DNA of 64,000 nt from contig CAZYQW010000086.1 in NCBI GenBank assembly GCA_964649825.1, positions 21,027 to 85,026 of the forward strand. The letters are read 5' to 3'. A program made the translations under genes and the position numbers. This DNA comes from an uncultured Phycisphaeraceae bacterium. Lineage in GTDB: Bacteria > Planctomycetota > B15-G4 > JADJEK01. Under the pieces are notes generated by a model that worked only from the letters and a program-made list of their open reading frames with translations, ran no database searches and was not told the DNA's origin. The first letter of the stretch is position 1, and the number at the start of each line of letters is the position of its first letter. Shown here piece by piece: positions 18,096-27,015 of this stretch.

Positions 18096-18917
18096 TCACG
18101 GTAGCTCGGACAAGTTGCGAAGGCGGTCCGCGAACGTCTCGATGACACCGTCATCCGGTGCTGCCGTCATCCCGCTCACTTCGCCGAGGTAGGGCACGGA
18201 GAACACTCGTGCTCCGCACGCCCGCGCCGCGAGCGCGTCATCGAACACCGAGGGCGGTCCCGCCGTCGGCCGCCCGCCGGTCAGATAACTACGACCTCCG
18301 ACGCAGCGGGCAAACTGTTTTCCGGACTCGAGGGGACGAACCCGGACGAACGCTGGAAACGCGACTCGCGGCCCCCACCCGTCCACCGCCGGTCGTCCGG
18401 CCGCGCGGCGCGCCGCGAACCGGTCGTCCGCTCCGCGAACGAGGACGCACCGGTCGCCGTCGCCGCCGCCGTTCGTGTCGCGGCTCGATTCGGTGGCGCC
18501 GAGGTAGGTCGGATCGAATGCGCCGGGAAGGCAAGCCGCGGGTCGGTCCCGGCGGTCCACGAGCCGTCGCTCCGCGACCGGGACGGTCGTGGCGACGGCG
18601 TCGGCCGCGCGCGCGATCCAGCGCGTCCGGACCGGCACGCCATCCGGCTCGTCCACGACCGGCGCGCTCCAGACGACCGTGCGGGCCCCGAACCGGCGCA
18701 ACAGATCGAGGGTGGACGGCTCCTCGCGTGCGGGCTGGACGAGCAGCACGAGACGTGGACGGAACGAAGCGCTCCACGCCGGCAGCTCGATCGTCGGGTC
18801 GCGCGACGCGGGGTGGTCGAACAGGAGCGCGTCCCACCCGATCGCGCGCGCCGCCGCGAGGAGCTGCGGCCCCTCGAACCGCGGCGACGCGCAGGGCGCC
18901 GAGATGAGGGTCCTCAT
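18096..18917 (-). CDS. Hypothetical protein, possibly glycosyltransferase-like.
   Basis: The ORF starts at ATG 18917 (MRTLISAP). It overlaps the downstream amidase and the upstream GT4 gene by 4 nt, implying operon membership. No motif I can name securely. Confidence 0.4.
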   Translation of the reverse strand: MRTLISAPCASPRFEGPQLLAAARAIGWDALLFDHPASRDPTIELPAWSASFRPRLVLLVQPAREEPSTLDLLRRFGARTVVWSAPVVDEPDGVPVRTRWIARAADAVATTVPVAERRLVDRRDRPAACLPGAFDPTYLGATESSRDTNGGGDGDRCVLVRGADDRFAARRAAGRPAVDGWGPRVAFPAFVRVRPLESGKQFARCVGGRSYLTGGRPTAGPPSVFDDALAARACGARVFSVPYLGEVSGMTAAPDDGVIETFADRLRNLSELP

Positions 18918-20077
18918 CGCCCGCTCCGGACGCCGAGGGCGCGAACCCGTTCGTACGCGGCCTCCACGTCGAGCGCCTGGCGAGCGAGCGAGAACCGCTC
19001 CTCGGAGCGACGCCGCCCCGCGGCGGCCATCCGGCGGCGGAGCGCCGCGTCGCGGGCCACCTCGACGAGCGCGGCCGCGAGCGCGCCGACCTCCTCGTCG
19101 ACCACGAAGCCCGTCTCCCCGTGCGCCACGATCTCGGGCAACGGCGGCCGGCGCGTCACCACCATCGGGAGCGACGCGGCGACGAGCTCGCGCGCGGCGC
19201 GGCACGAGGCGTCCGAGCCGGGCACGAGGAAGAGTCCGAAGTCGAGCGCGGCGACGACCGCGTCGTACGACTCTCCCTCACGGTAGCCGGCGAGCACGAC
19301 GTGGCGTTCGAGCCCGAGCCGCTCGATCGGCCGGACCGCGATCTCCTCGAGGTGGGTGCCACGACCAATGACGACGACGCGCAGCGACGGAGCCGCCTCG
19401 ACCGCCCGCGCCAGCGCGTCGAACAGGAGCTCGTACCGGCGGTGTCGTTGCACGCGAGCCACGATGCCGCCGACCACCTCGTCGTCGGAGAGCCCGAGTT
19501 CGGCCCGCGCCGCGGCTCGCAACGGATCGAGACGCGCGCGCGCGAACCGCTCGACGTCGACGGCGCCGGCGATCACGAACCGGCGCTCGATCGGCACCTC
19601 CTCCCGGACGGCGACCGCGACGGCCGCGGCGTCGGAGGCCGCGATCACGCCGTCGGTCAGTCGACGGAACGCGAGCCGTCGGCGCCATCCCCCCTCGACG
19701 TCCGGTCCTCCGTAGACCGTCCGCACGACGACCGCTCCCGTCCGCGCGCGACGCGCCGCCGCACCGGCCAGCAGGTGGTCGTTCAGGAGGTGCGCGTGGA
19801 TCACGTCGAAACGCCGCTCGCGAACGACCTCGACGAGGCGGCGCACGTCCCGCACGCCGGAGATCGGATGGAGGTGCTTCTGCAGGCGCAACCCGGAGAG
19901 CACTTCGAGGCCGTGCCGCTCCGCCTCGACGCGCACGCGGTTCTCGAGGTCCGGATACGGGCAGCGGCCGCACGCGAAGTCGACCGAGTGACGCAGGGCG
20001 AGCATGGCCGCGAGCCGGACCGCGGGCTCGGCCGGGCCGGTCCACTTCCAGTTGGAGAAGGCGTGGAGGATCCTCAC
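18914..20077 (-). CDS. Family 4 glycosyltransferase (Glycos_transf_1).
   Basis: The proposed GTG start at 20077 gives VRILHAFSNW. The GT4 C-terminal motifs read ESYDAVVAALDFGLFLV and VAHGETGFVV. It overlaps the kinase gene stop by 4 nt. Confidence 0.7.
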   Translation of the reverse strand: MRILHAFSNWKWTGPAEPAVRLAAMLALRHSVDFACGRCPYPDLENRVRVEAERHGLEVLSGLRLQKHLHPISGVRDVRRLVEVVRERRFDVIHAHLLNDHLLAGAAARRARTGAVVVRTVYGGPDVEGGWRRRLAFRRLTDGVIAASDAAAVAVAVREEVPIERRFVIAGAVDVERFARARLDPLRAAARAELGLSDDEVVGGIVARVQRHRRYELLFDALARAVEAAPSLRVVVIGRGTHLEEIAVRPIERLGLERHVVLAGYREGESYDAVVAALDFGLFLVPGSDASCRAARELVAASLPMVVTRRPPLPEIVAHGETGFVVDEEVGALAAALVEVARDAALRRRMAAAGRRRSEERFSLARQALDVEAAYERVRALGVRSGR

Positions 20078-21750
20078 GGCGCTCCTCGCACCGCGTCCGG
20101 CGACGGCGCGCCGATCGTCCTCGTCGCCCGCGCCCGCGTTCTTGCGCGGACGTCGCGCGCGACGTCGCGACCACGACAGGCGGGGACGTCGCGGCGCAGA
20201 CGGCGCAGCACCCGCAGGCGCACGCGCGCCGGGACCGACGGCGCGACGTCGTTCACTTGCGAGAGCCCCCGCAGAATCTGTTCGCGAAGCGGCGGACGGC
20301 CGAACGTGATCCCGTCGAAGTCGACGAGCCACGCGCGAGCGCCGTCCGCGTCGATCCGCACCATGAGATTCTTCGGCGAGAGGTCGTTCGCGCGCACGTC
20401 GCTGGAGAAGACGGCGACCAGCAGCTCGGCCACCGCGTCGGCGAGTTCACCCGCGCGCTCCTCGAGGTCGCCGCCCGCGCCGACGCGGAACGATAGGACC
20501 GAGAGCGGCTCGGCTCCCTCGACTGCGTCCATCACGACGATCGATCGATCCGGCGTCTTCAGCCACGCGACGACGCGCGGAACCGGCAGCCCGCGCACGA
20601 GGAGCGCGTGTCCGGCCTCGTACGCGCGGCCGCCGCGACCCTGCGTCCATCGCCCGCGCGGCGAGCGCCGTCCATCGCCCTCGTAGACCTTCACCGCGAA
20701 CGCCGCACCGCCCGCCGCGGCGATCGCGACGGCCGAACGACGGCCGAGCGCCCGCGCCGCGGCACCGCCGGCGGCGATCGCGGCGCGGGCGCTCGCGATC
20801 GCCGCGAACAAGGTGGTCTCGTCCACCTCACGGCGACGAAAGCCGCGCACGCCCCCGCACCGAACCGCTGCGAAGCCGGAGCTCTCTCGAGTCGCGCGGC
20901 GTGATCGACTCGCGAGGCGACGCCGCTCCCGTCGCCGCAGCGCGTGCGCGACCGCGGCCCGCCAGCGCGCGACCTCCGCGACCGGCCGCCCCGCCGCGAG
21001 CACGTACGCGGCGACCGCGTCGTCGTCGTCCGCGCGATCGAGCGCGTGACGCAACGTGTGGAGGAGATCGGCGAGCGCGAGGACGCGCCGGCGCGTCGCG
21101 ACCCGCGACCCGCGGACCACGCGGTGCAGGTCGATCACGTGGAGAGGACCGCCGTCGCCCTCGTTCCCGCGTTCGACCAGGAGGTTGCCGCCGTGGAAGT
21201 CCCGGTGGTCGAACCCGCGGGCGTGCAGGGCCGCGAGCAGGTCGGCTGCGCGACGCACCCACCGGCCCTTCCTCTCGCCCGCGCCGTCGCCCGGACGGAA
21301 CCGAGCCTCGAGGAAGCCGCCCAGCGGCACCGCTCCCGGCACCGCCCGGAGCGCGAACAGCGACCACTCACGCCTCCCGCGGATCGTACGGCTCCCGCGC
21401 GCCAGCGGCTCGGGGACGAGGAACCCTTCGCGACGGAGCGCCGTCGCCGTCGCCCACTCGCGCTCGGCGCGATCGCGTCCCACCAGCGCCTTCACTGCGT
21501 CCGCGGTTCCGGCGACGCGGTAGTGCTTGACGATCCACGCGCCGTCCGCGCTCGGGAGCTCGAACACGCAGCGTCGCGGGTTCTCCTTCAGGACGCGCCC
21601 CCCGTGCGCCGCCGGATCGAGCAACGCGTCGACCGAGAGCCCGGCCGCCGCGAGCGCCCCGCGCACGACGTTGAGATGCTCGCCCCGCGGCCCGCGGTGG
21701 AGCTCGAGGTCGTCGTGGTCGTGGGCGGGCGGGTCGCGGCCGTCTTGCAT
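20074..21750 (-). CDS. Tandem two-domain lipopolysaccharide kinase (Kdo/WaaP/InaA family).
   Basis: There are two kinase cores. The N-terminal half reads HARGFDHRDFHGGNLLVE...LHVIDLHRV. The C-terminal half reads ANDLSPKNLMVRIDADGARAWLVDFDGI. Confidence 0.6.
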   Translation of the reverse strand: MQDGRDPPAHDHDDLELHRGPRGEHLNVVRGALAAAGLSVDALLDPAAHGGRVLKENPRRCVFELPSADGAWIVKHYRVAGTADAVKALVGRDRAEREWATATALRREGFLVPEPLARGSRTIRGRREWSLFALRAVPGAVPLGGFLEARFRPGDGAGERKGRWVRRAADLLAALHARGFDHRDFHGGNLLVERGNEGDGGPLHVIDLHRVVRGSRVATRRRVLALADLLHTLRHALDRADDDDAVAAYVLAAGRPVAEVARWRAAVAHALRRRERRRLASRSRRATRESSGFAAVRCGGVRGFRRREVDETTLFAAIASARAAIAAGGAAARALGRRSAVAIAAAGGAAFAVKVYEGDGRRSPRGRWTQGRGGRAYEAGHALLVRGLPVPRVVAWLKTPDRSIVVMDAVEGAEPLSVLSFRVGAGGDLEERAGELADAVAELLVAVFSSDVRANDLSPKNLMVRIDADGARAWLVDFDGITFGRPPLREQILRGLSQVNDVAPSVPARVRLRVLRRLRRDVPACRGRDVARDVRARTRARATRTIGAPSPDAVRGAP

Positions 21751-21931
21751 GGTCTCGATCGCGGACGGTTCTTGTCCGACTCGCCCGAAGTATGGACGTC
21801 GGCTGGGACGTTCACAACCGCGATCGCGCCGGCGGCGCCGAGCCGATCGACCCGGCGTCGACGCTCGCCGAACGGGTCACCCCTCGACTTCCGGATCCCG
21901 CCCTCCTCGTCGACGCTCTACGATCCCTCCC

Positions 21932-23050
21932 ATGTCCCTGCCGATCCGCAGCCTTCATCTCGACACCGAGCGTACGTGGCGCGGCGGCGAGCAGCAGGTG
22001 CTCTACCTCGTCGACGGCCTCCGGCAACGCGGTCACGTGGCCGAGGTGGTCGGCCCCCCGGAGTCGCCGTTCGTGAAGCGGGCGCGCGAGGCCGGGGCGG
22101 TCGCGCACGAGGTTCCGCTGCGGGGCGAGCTGAGCCCGCGCGCCATCCGCCGGGTCGCGGCGATCCTGAAGGCCGGCGCGTTCGATCTGATCCACGCCCA
22201 CACCTCCCACGCGCACGCGATCGCGGCGATCGCGGCACGGCTCGCGCGACCGGCCCGCTGCGTCGTCTCGCGTCGCGTGGACTTCCCGATCCGGAGGGGC
22301 CCGTTCAGCCGCATGAAGTACCGCTTCGGCGTCGACCGCTACGTGGCGATCTCGCGAGCCGTGCGCGACGTCTTGGTTGGAGGCGGAGTGAACGAGGAAC
22401 GGATCCGGGTCGTGCCGAGCGGGATCGACCTCGCGCGCCTCGACGCGGCCGACGCGGAGTCGATCACGCGCGAGTTCGGCATCCCGCCCGGCGCCCGAGT
22501 CGTCGGCTCGCTCTCGTGGTTCGCGGGGCACAAGGGTCTCGAGCACTTCGTCGATGCCGTTCCCGCCGTCGCGGCGCGACACCCCGACGCGTGGTTCTTC
22601 CTCGTCGGCGACGGCGAGGAGCGCGCCGCCATCGAGGACCGGGCGCGCCGGGTCGCGCCCCACGCCCGCATCCGTTTCCCCGGCTTTCGGAAGGACGCGC
22701 TTTCGTTCCTCGCGCGCTTCGACGTGGTCTGCACCCCATCCGTCCTCGAGGGTCTGAACACGACGAACCTCGACGCACTCGCGCTCGGCCGGCCGGTCGT
22801 CGCCACCGCGGTCGGCGGGATCCCGGAGGCGGTGATCGACGGCGAGACCGGGCTCCTCGTCCCCCCCTCCGCTCCGGCCGCGCTCGCCGCCGCGATCGAG
22901 CGGCTCCTCGACGAACCCGAGCTCGGCGCCCGTCTCGGCGCGGCGGGGCGGGCGCTCGTCGAGCGACGGTTCACGAACGACGCGATGGTCGAGGGGACGC
23001 TCGAGGTGTACCGCGAGCTGCTTCGAGCCGGACCGACCGGCGGCGGCTGA
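21932..23050 (+). CDS. Family 4 glycosyltransferase (WaaG/RfaG-like). It is transcribed divergently from the LPS-kinase operon.
   Basis: The ORF starts at ATG 21932 and reads MSLPIRSLHLDTERTWRGGEQQVLYLVDGL. The C-terminus reads EGLNTTNLDALALGRPVVATAVGGIPE. Confidence 0.8.
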   Translation: MSLPIRSLHLDTERTWRGGEQQVLYLVDGLRQRGHVAEVVGPPESPFVKRAREAGAVAHEVPLRGELSPRAIRRVAAILKAGAFDLIHAHTSHAHAIAAIAARLARPARCVVSRRVDFPIRRGPFSRMKYRFGVDRYVAISRAVRDVLVGGGVNEERIRVVPSGIDLARLDAADAESITREFGIPPGARVVGSLSWFAGHKGLEHFVDAVPAVAARHPDAWFFLVGDGEERAAIEDRARRVAPHARIRFPGFRKDALSFLARFDVVCTPSVLEGLNTTNLDALALGRPVVATAVGGIPEAVIDGETGLLVPPSAPAALAAAIERLLDEPELGARLGAAGRALVERRFTNDAMVEGTLEVYRELLRAGPTGGG

Positions 23051-23054
23051 CGGA

Positions 23055-23140
23055 TGGGTTCACGACGACGAACGACGCAGAGATCGGCGACGAGCAACCG
23101 CCAGGCGTGGGGCGGGCCCGAATCGATCGGGGTTACCCGG
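23055..23140. repeat. Copy A of a conserved ~80-nt non-coding element (GGGTTCACGACGACGAACGACGCAGAGATCGGCGACGAGCAACCGCCAGGCG...), upstream of the gene at 23345.
   Basis: It aligns at roughly 90% identity, by eye, with 46465-46550. Both copies sit in 5' intergenic regions of secreted-protein genes. Confidence 0.5.
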
Positions 23141-23344
23141 GCCGCCGAGGCGGCGTATCATGGCGACCGCACCCACCGGCGCGGGGCGCGCGAGGAGTGG
23201 TGGTGCGATTCGCTCGGAAACCCGCGGTATCGTTGAAGCGGCATCGACGCTCGGCGCACGGGGCGGCGACGCCGACCGATCGCAACCGCCCCCGAGCCTC
23301 CCGATAGGCGCGCGCCGGAAGGCGGTCGGCGCGGCTATCATGCT

Positions 23345-25267
23345 GTGATGCGTTTCCTGCTGCCGTTCCTCCTCCTCGCGATCGCCGTCCTGACCGCGTT
23401 GTTCCTGTTCCGCGCCGGTGACGCCGAACGCCCGCGCGACGACGCCGGGCGCGTCGACGGGGTCGACGCGACGCAACCGGACGTCGAAGCCCCGCCGAAC
23501 GGGCCGATTCGCGCGTCGGATCCGGAGCGGGTCTCCCTCTCGCCGGGGACGACTGCGCCCAGCGGCCGCGCGCCCGCGGGAGCCGAGGGCAGCGTCGGGA
23601 GCGGCCTCTCCGGTCGGGTCACGAGCATGGACGGACGACCGATCACGGGTGCGCGGGTCGAAGCGCTCGAGGAACAGAGGAGCCTGCTCACCCTCCGCAC
23701 CCCGCTCGGAATCGAGACGGCGACCGACGGCGCGGGACGGTTCGGGCCGCTCGATCTCGCTGGCCCGCTGCCGGTCGCCCTGCGGGTGAGCGCGCCGGGA
23801 TACGCGACGACGACCGTCGGACCGTACGCGCCGGAGCGCGCGGTCCCGATTCCCGACGTACGGCTCGATGACGGGTTCGTCCTCGCCGGAACCGTCCGCT
23901 CGGACGTCGACCTCGCGCCGGTCCCGGGCGCGCGCGTCATGGTCCATCTCGACCCGCCGCGGGCGGGGCTCGGTACCGGCGCTCTCTTCGCCGAGCAGTC
24001 GACCGAGACCGACGCCGCTGGCCGCTACCACGTCGACGGCCTCGGCTACCGCCAGTACCGCGTCGAGGCCGCCGCCGACGGCTTCGCTCCGACCTCGGTC
24101 TCGCGGACGTTCCTCGTGCAGCGGCACCAGAAGGAGATCGAGCTCGACCTCGCTCTGCAACCGGCCACCCGCGTGCTCCACGGCGTCGTGCGCACGAGGG
24201 GCGATGAGCCGCTCGGCGGCGCGCGGGTCCTGGCGCGGTCGATGGGCGGCGCGCGGGACCAGCCCGCCGCCGCTGCGACGTCGTCCGCCGACGGGAGCTT
24301 CACGCTCACCGGCCTCGCGGACGCGCCCTACGAGGTGAGCGCGACGGCGACGGGCTACGTGCTCGGTCGGCCCGTCGAGGTGCGGCCCGGGCCGGAGGCG
24401 ATGGAGCTCGTGCTCGACGAATGCGGCCGGATCGCGGGACGGGTCCTCGCGGCGGGCGGTCGGGCCGCGGAGCGCGCGATCGTGGACTTGGTCCACCTCG
24501 GCGACGGGGCCGAGAGAACGGTGAGGTCGATCGGCACCGGCGCCGGCGGGACGTTCGCGCTCGAGAACGTCCCGCCCGGCCGCTACCGGATCGACGCGAA
24601 GGCGGACGGCTCGGTCGCGGTCCAGGGCACGGGGTTCGACCTCGACCCGGGCGAATCGATCGAGGATGCGGTGGTGCGGCTCGGACGCGGCGGTCGCGTT
24701 CGGGGCCGCGTCGTGGACGATGGCGGGCGACCGATCGCCGACGCGATGATCGATCTCTTCCCATCGGACACCGACCGCACGACTCCGGTGACCGAGTCGG
24801 CGTTCCTGGAGGCGACCGCGCGGCGACGCTCGACGTCAGCGAGCGACGGCACGTTCGTGCTCGACGCGGTGCCGGAGGGCTCGTTCGTGGTGCGCGTGGC
24901 GGCGGACGCGCGGGCGACGACGTGGAGCGACGCAGTCGTCGTCGACGGGAGCGACACCGCGACGGTCGGCGACGTCGCGCGCGGCGCCGGCGCGACCCTC
25001 CGCGGCGTCGCGCTCGACGAGGACGGCCTGCCTCTTCCGCGCGCGCGGGTGGAAGCGCGCTCGACGGACGCCGGCCACGCGGAGACCGCATGGACCGCCG
25101 CGGACGGCACGTTCGCGATGGAGCGCCTGCCCGGCGGACGGTACGAGATCACGTTGCCGATCGAGGATCCGACCGACGTCTTCCGCTATCGCAGCCGAGC
25201 GGAGGCCGACGTCCCGGCCGGCGGCGACGTTGCCGTGACCGTACGCCGCGAGCGACGGTCGGGCTGA
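23345..25267 (+). CDS. Signal-anchored protein with multiple carboxypeptidase-regulatory-like beta-sandwich repeats. It is a paralog of the gene at 8393-10324.
   Basis: The N-terminus reads MMRFLLPFLLLAIAVLTALFLF. It has the same recurring GRVxxxxGxPxxxAxV...GxYxV repeat pattern. Confidence 0.6.
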   Translation: MMRFLLPFLLLAIAVLTALFLFRAGDAERPRDDAGRVDGVDATQPDVEAPPNGPIRASDPERVSLSPGTTAPSGRAPAGAEGSVGSGLSGRVTSMDGRPITGARVEALEEQRSLLTLRTPLGIETATDGAGRFGPLDLAGPLPVALRVSAPGYATTTVGPYAPERAVPIPDVRLDDGFVLAGTVRSDVDLAPVPGARVMVHLDPPRAGLGTGALFAEQSTETDAAGRYHVDGLGYRQYRVEAAADGFAPTSVSRTFLVQRHQKEIELDLALQPATRVLHGVVRTRGDEPLGGARVLARSMGGARDQPAAAATSSADGSFTLTGLADAPYEVSATATGYVLGRPVEVRPGPEAMELVLDECGRIAGRVLAAGGRAAERAIVDLVHLGDGAERTVRSIGTGAGGTFALENVPPGRYRIDAKADGSVAVQGTGFDLDPGESIEDAVVRLGRGGRVRGRVVDDGGRPIADAMIDLFPSDTDRTTPVTESAFLEATARRRSTSASDGTFVLDAVPEGSFVVRVAADARATTWSDAVVVDGSDTATVGDVARGAGATLRGVALDEDGLPLPRARVEARSTDAGHAETAWTAADGTFAMERLPGGRYEITLPIEDPTDVFRYRSRAEADVPAGGDVAVTVRRERRSG

Positions 25268-25288
25268 AGATCGAGGAGCGTCAAGTCC

Positions 25289-26104
25289 GTGAACCACGCC
25301 TTCCGCATCGGATCCCTGCTCGGAGTCACGATTCGGGTGCACGTCATCTTCGTGCTCCTGGTCGCGGCGATCGTCATCCAGACGGCGATCGCCACCAACC
25401 TGACCTTCGCGCTCGCCGTCGCGGTTCGGCTCTTCCTCCTGTTCTCGTTCGTCGCCCTGCACGAGCTCGGCCACTCGATCGTAGCCCAGGCGCATGGGAT
25501 ACGCGTCTTCGACATCGTGCTCTGGCCGCTCGGCGGGATGGCGCGTCTCGAGCGGCTGCCGGAGAATCCCGCCGTCGAGTTCAAGATCGCGATCGCCGGT
25601 CCGGCCGTGAACTTCTTCCTCGTCCTCCTCTTCCTGCCGCTCCACCTGGCGGTGGGCGGGGCGCTGTCGTTGGACGCGGCGGAGCTGATCGGGGGCTCGC
25701 TCCTCGGCTACGCGGTCGTCGTGAACCTGACGATGGGCGCGTTCAACCTCGTTCCCGCGTTCCCGCTCGACGGCGGCCGGGTCCTCCGCGCCGCGCTCGC
25801 GCGCCGCGTCAGCTACCTGCGCGCCACCCGCGTCGCGGTCTGGTTCGGCCGCGCGCTCGCGGTCGGCATGGCCGCGTTCGCGGTGGTGGAGACCGACTCG
25901 GCGAGCATCCTGTTCATCGCCGTGTTCGTCTGGTGGATCGGCGGCCAGGAGCTCCGCGCGGCCGAGGTGCGCGCCGCGTTCGGGCGCGGCGACGCCGGCG
26001 CGATCGACCCGACGTTCGCGCCCGGCGCGCGGCGATTCCTCGTCCTCGACAGGCCCGACGATCGAGCGCGCCCCCAGCCGGAACGGCCCGGGAGCCGCGG
26101 GTGA
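25289..26104 (+). CDS. M50-family (site-2-protease-like, SpoIVFB-type) intramembrane metalloprotease.
   Basis: The zinc-binding motif LHELGHSIVA (HExxH) sits inside a TM helix. The second zinc-ligand segment reads NLVPAFPLDGGRV. There are about 6 TM helices. Confidence 0.8.
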   Translation: MNHAFRIGSLLGVTIRVHVIFVLLVAAIVIQTAIATNLTFALAVAVRLFLLFSFVALHELGHSIVAQAHGIRVFDIVLWPLGGMARLERLPENPAVEFKIAIAGPAVNFFLVLLFLPLHLAVGGALSLDAAELIGGSLLGYAVVVNLTMGAFNLVPAFPLDGGRVLRAALARRVSYLRATRVAVWFGRALAVGMAAFAVVETDSASILFIAVFVWWIGGQELRAAEVRAAFGRGDAGAIDPTFAPGARRFLVLDRPDDRARPQPERPGSRG

Positions 26105-27015
26105 GTCGTCGTCGAAGGCTCGTCTGGCTGGTCGGCGGCGCGGCCGGGTTGGCCGCCGTCTTCTTCGCCGCGCTTGCGTTCGTGATCGCGACGAACCACC
26201 TCCGCGGCGACGTCGCCGCGCCCGAGTCGCTCGTCACCGAGGGAGCGCGCGCCGGCGGCTTCGAGCGCGTGGAGTTCAAGACCGACGACGGCTTGACGTT
26301 GCGCGCCGACCTCATCGGCGACGCGCAGAAGCGCCCCGTCGTCCTGTTCGGCCACGGCTACCGCCACCGGCGACGTCAAGGCGACCCGCTCGCGCGAGCG
26401 CTCCTCCTGCGAGGCTACGCGGTGCTCCTGTTCGACTTCCGCGGAAGCGGAGCCAGCGACGGCCGTTACACCGGCGCCGGCGCGATCGAAGCGCCCGACG
26501 TCCGCGCGGCGATCCGCTTCCTTCACGGGGCGCGCGGCGTTCCGCTCGAACGGATCGCGTTTGTCGGCTACTCGATGGGCGCGGCGGCCGGCCTGCTCGC
26601 CGCCGACGCGCTCGCCGCGCTTCCCGCCGTCGTGCTGATCGCGCCTTACACGCGGCTCACGGAGACCTACGAAGCACGCACGCTTCGGTTCGGCCACCTG
26701 CCGCTCGACCCGTGGTTCGCGCCGTCCGTATCGATCCTCTCCTGGCTCCTCGACGTCGACGTCCGTTCGGTGCGCCCGATCGATGCCGCGAGCCGACTCG
26801 CCCGAACCAGCGTCCTTCTGATCGGAGCTCCCGACGACTGGCGAGCACCGGTGGACGGCCTGCGCGAGATCGCCGGGTGCGTCGGACCGACCGCGACGCT
26901 CGCCGTCGTCGCGACCGGCGGGCACTTCGACCTCGCCCGACTCGGCGACGACGTACAAGCGCTGACGATCCGCTTCCTCGATCACCACTTCACTCCACGT
27001 CCGATGAGCCGATGA
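26101..27015 (+). CDS. Alpha/beta-fold hydrolase (abhydrolase, dienelactone hydrolase/S9-like) with an N-terminal TM anchor.
   Basis: The proposed GTG start at 26101 overlaps the M50 stop. The nucleophile elbow reads GYSMGAAAG, preceded by VVLFGHGY. Confidence 0.7.
   Translation: MSRRRRLVWLVGGAAGLAAVFFAALAFVIATNHLRGDVAAPESLVTEGARAGGFERVEFKTDDGLTLRADLIGDAQKRPVVLFGHGYRHRRRQGDPLARALLLRGYAVLLFDFRGSGASDGRYTGAGAIEAPDVRAAIRFLHGARGVPLERIAFVGYSMGAAAGLLAADALAALPAVVLIAPYTRLTETYEARTLRFGHLPLDPWFAPSVSILSWLLDVDVRSVRPIDAASRLARTSVLLIGAPDDWRAPVDGLREIAGCVGPTATLAVVATGGHFDLARLGDDVQALTIRFLDHHFTPRPMSR

Noticed and set aside
16832-18154. 440-aa minus-strand ORF, plus 17464-18192 and 17564-18145 plus-strand ORFs.
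   Set aside because: Frame-shifted or antisense shadows of ispF and the amidase gene.
19121-20686. 521-aa plus-strand ORF and 19278-20174 minus-strand ORF.
   Set aside because: Antisense or alternate frames of the GT4 and LPS-kinase genes. The Arg content is extreme.
20944-23307. 787-aa plus-strand ORF.
   Set aside because: The first half is antisense to the LPS kinase. Only the separate frame at 21932-23050 (GT4) is convincing.
24421-27015. 864-aa plus-strand ORF.
   Set aside because: Only the last ~305 codons (alpha/beta hydrolase from GTG 26101) are protein-like. The upstream part is an alternate frame of the 23345 and M50 genes.
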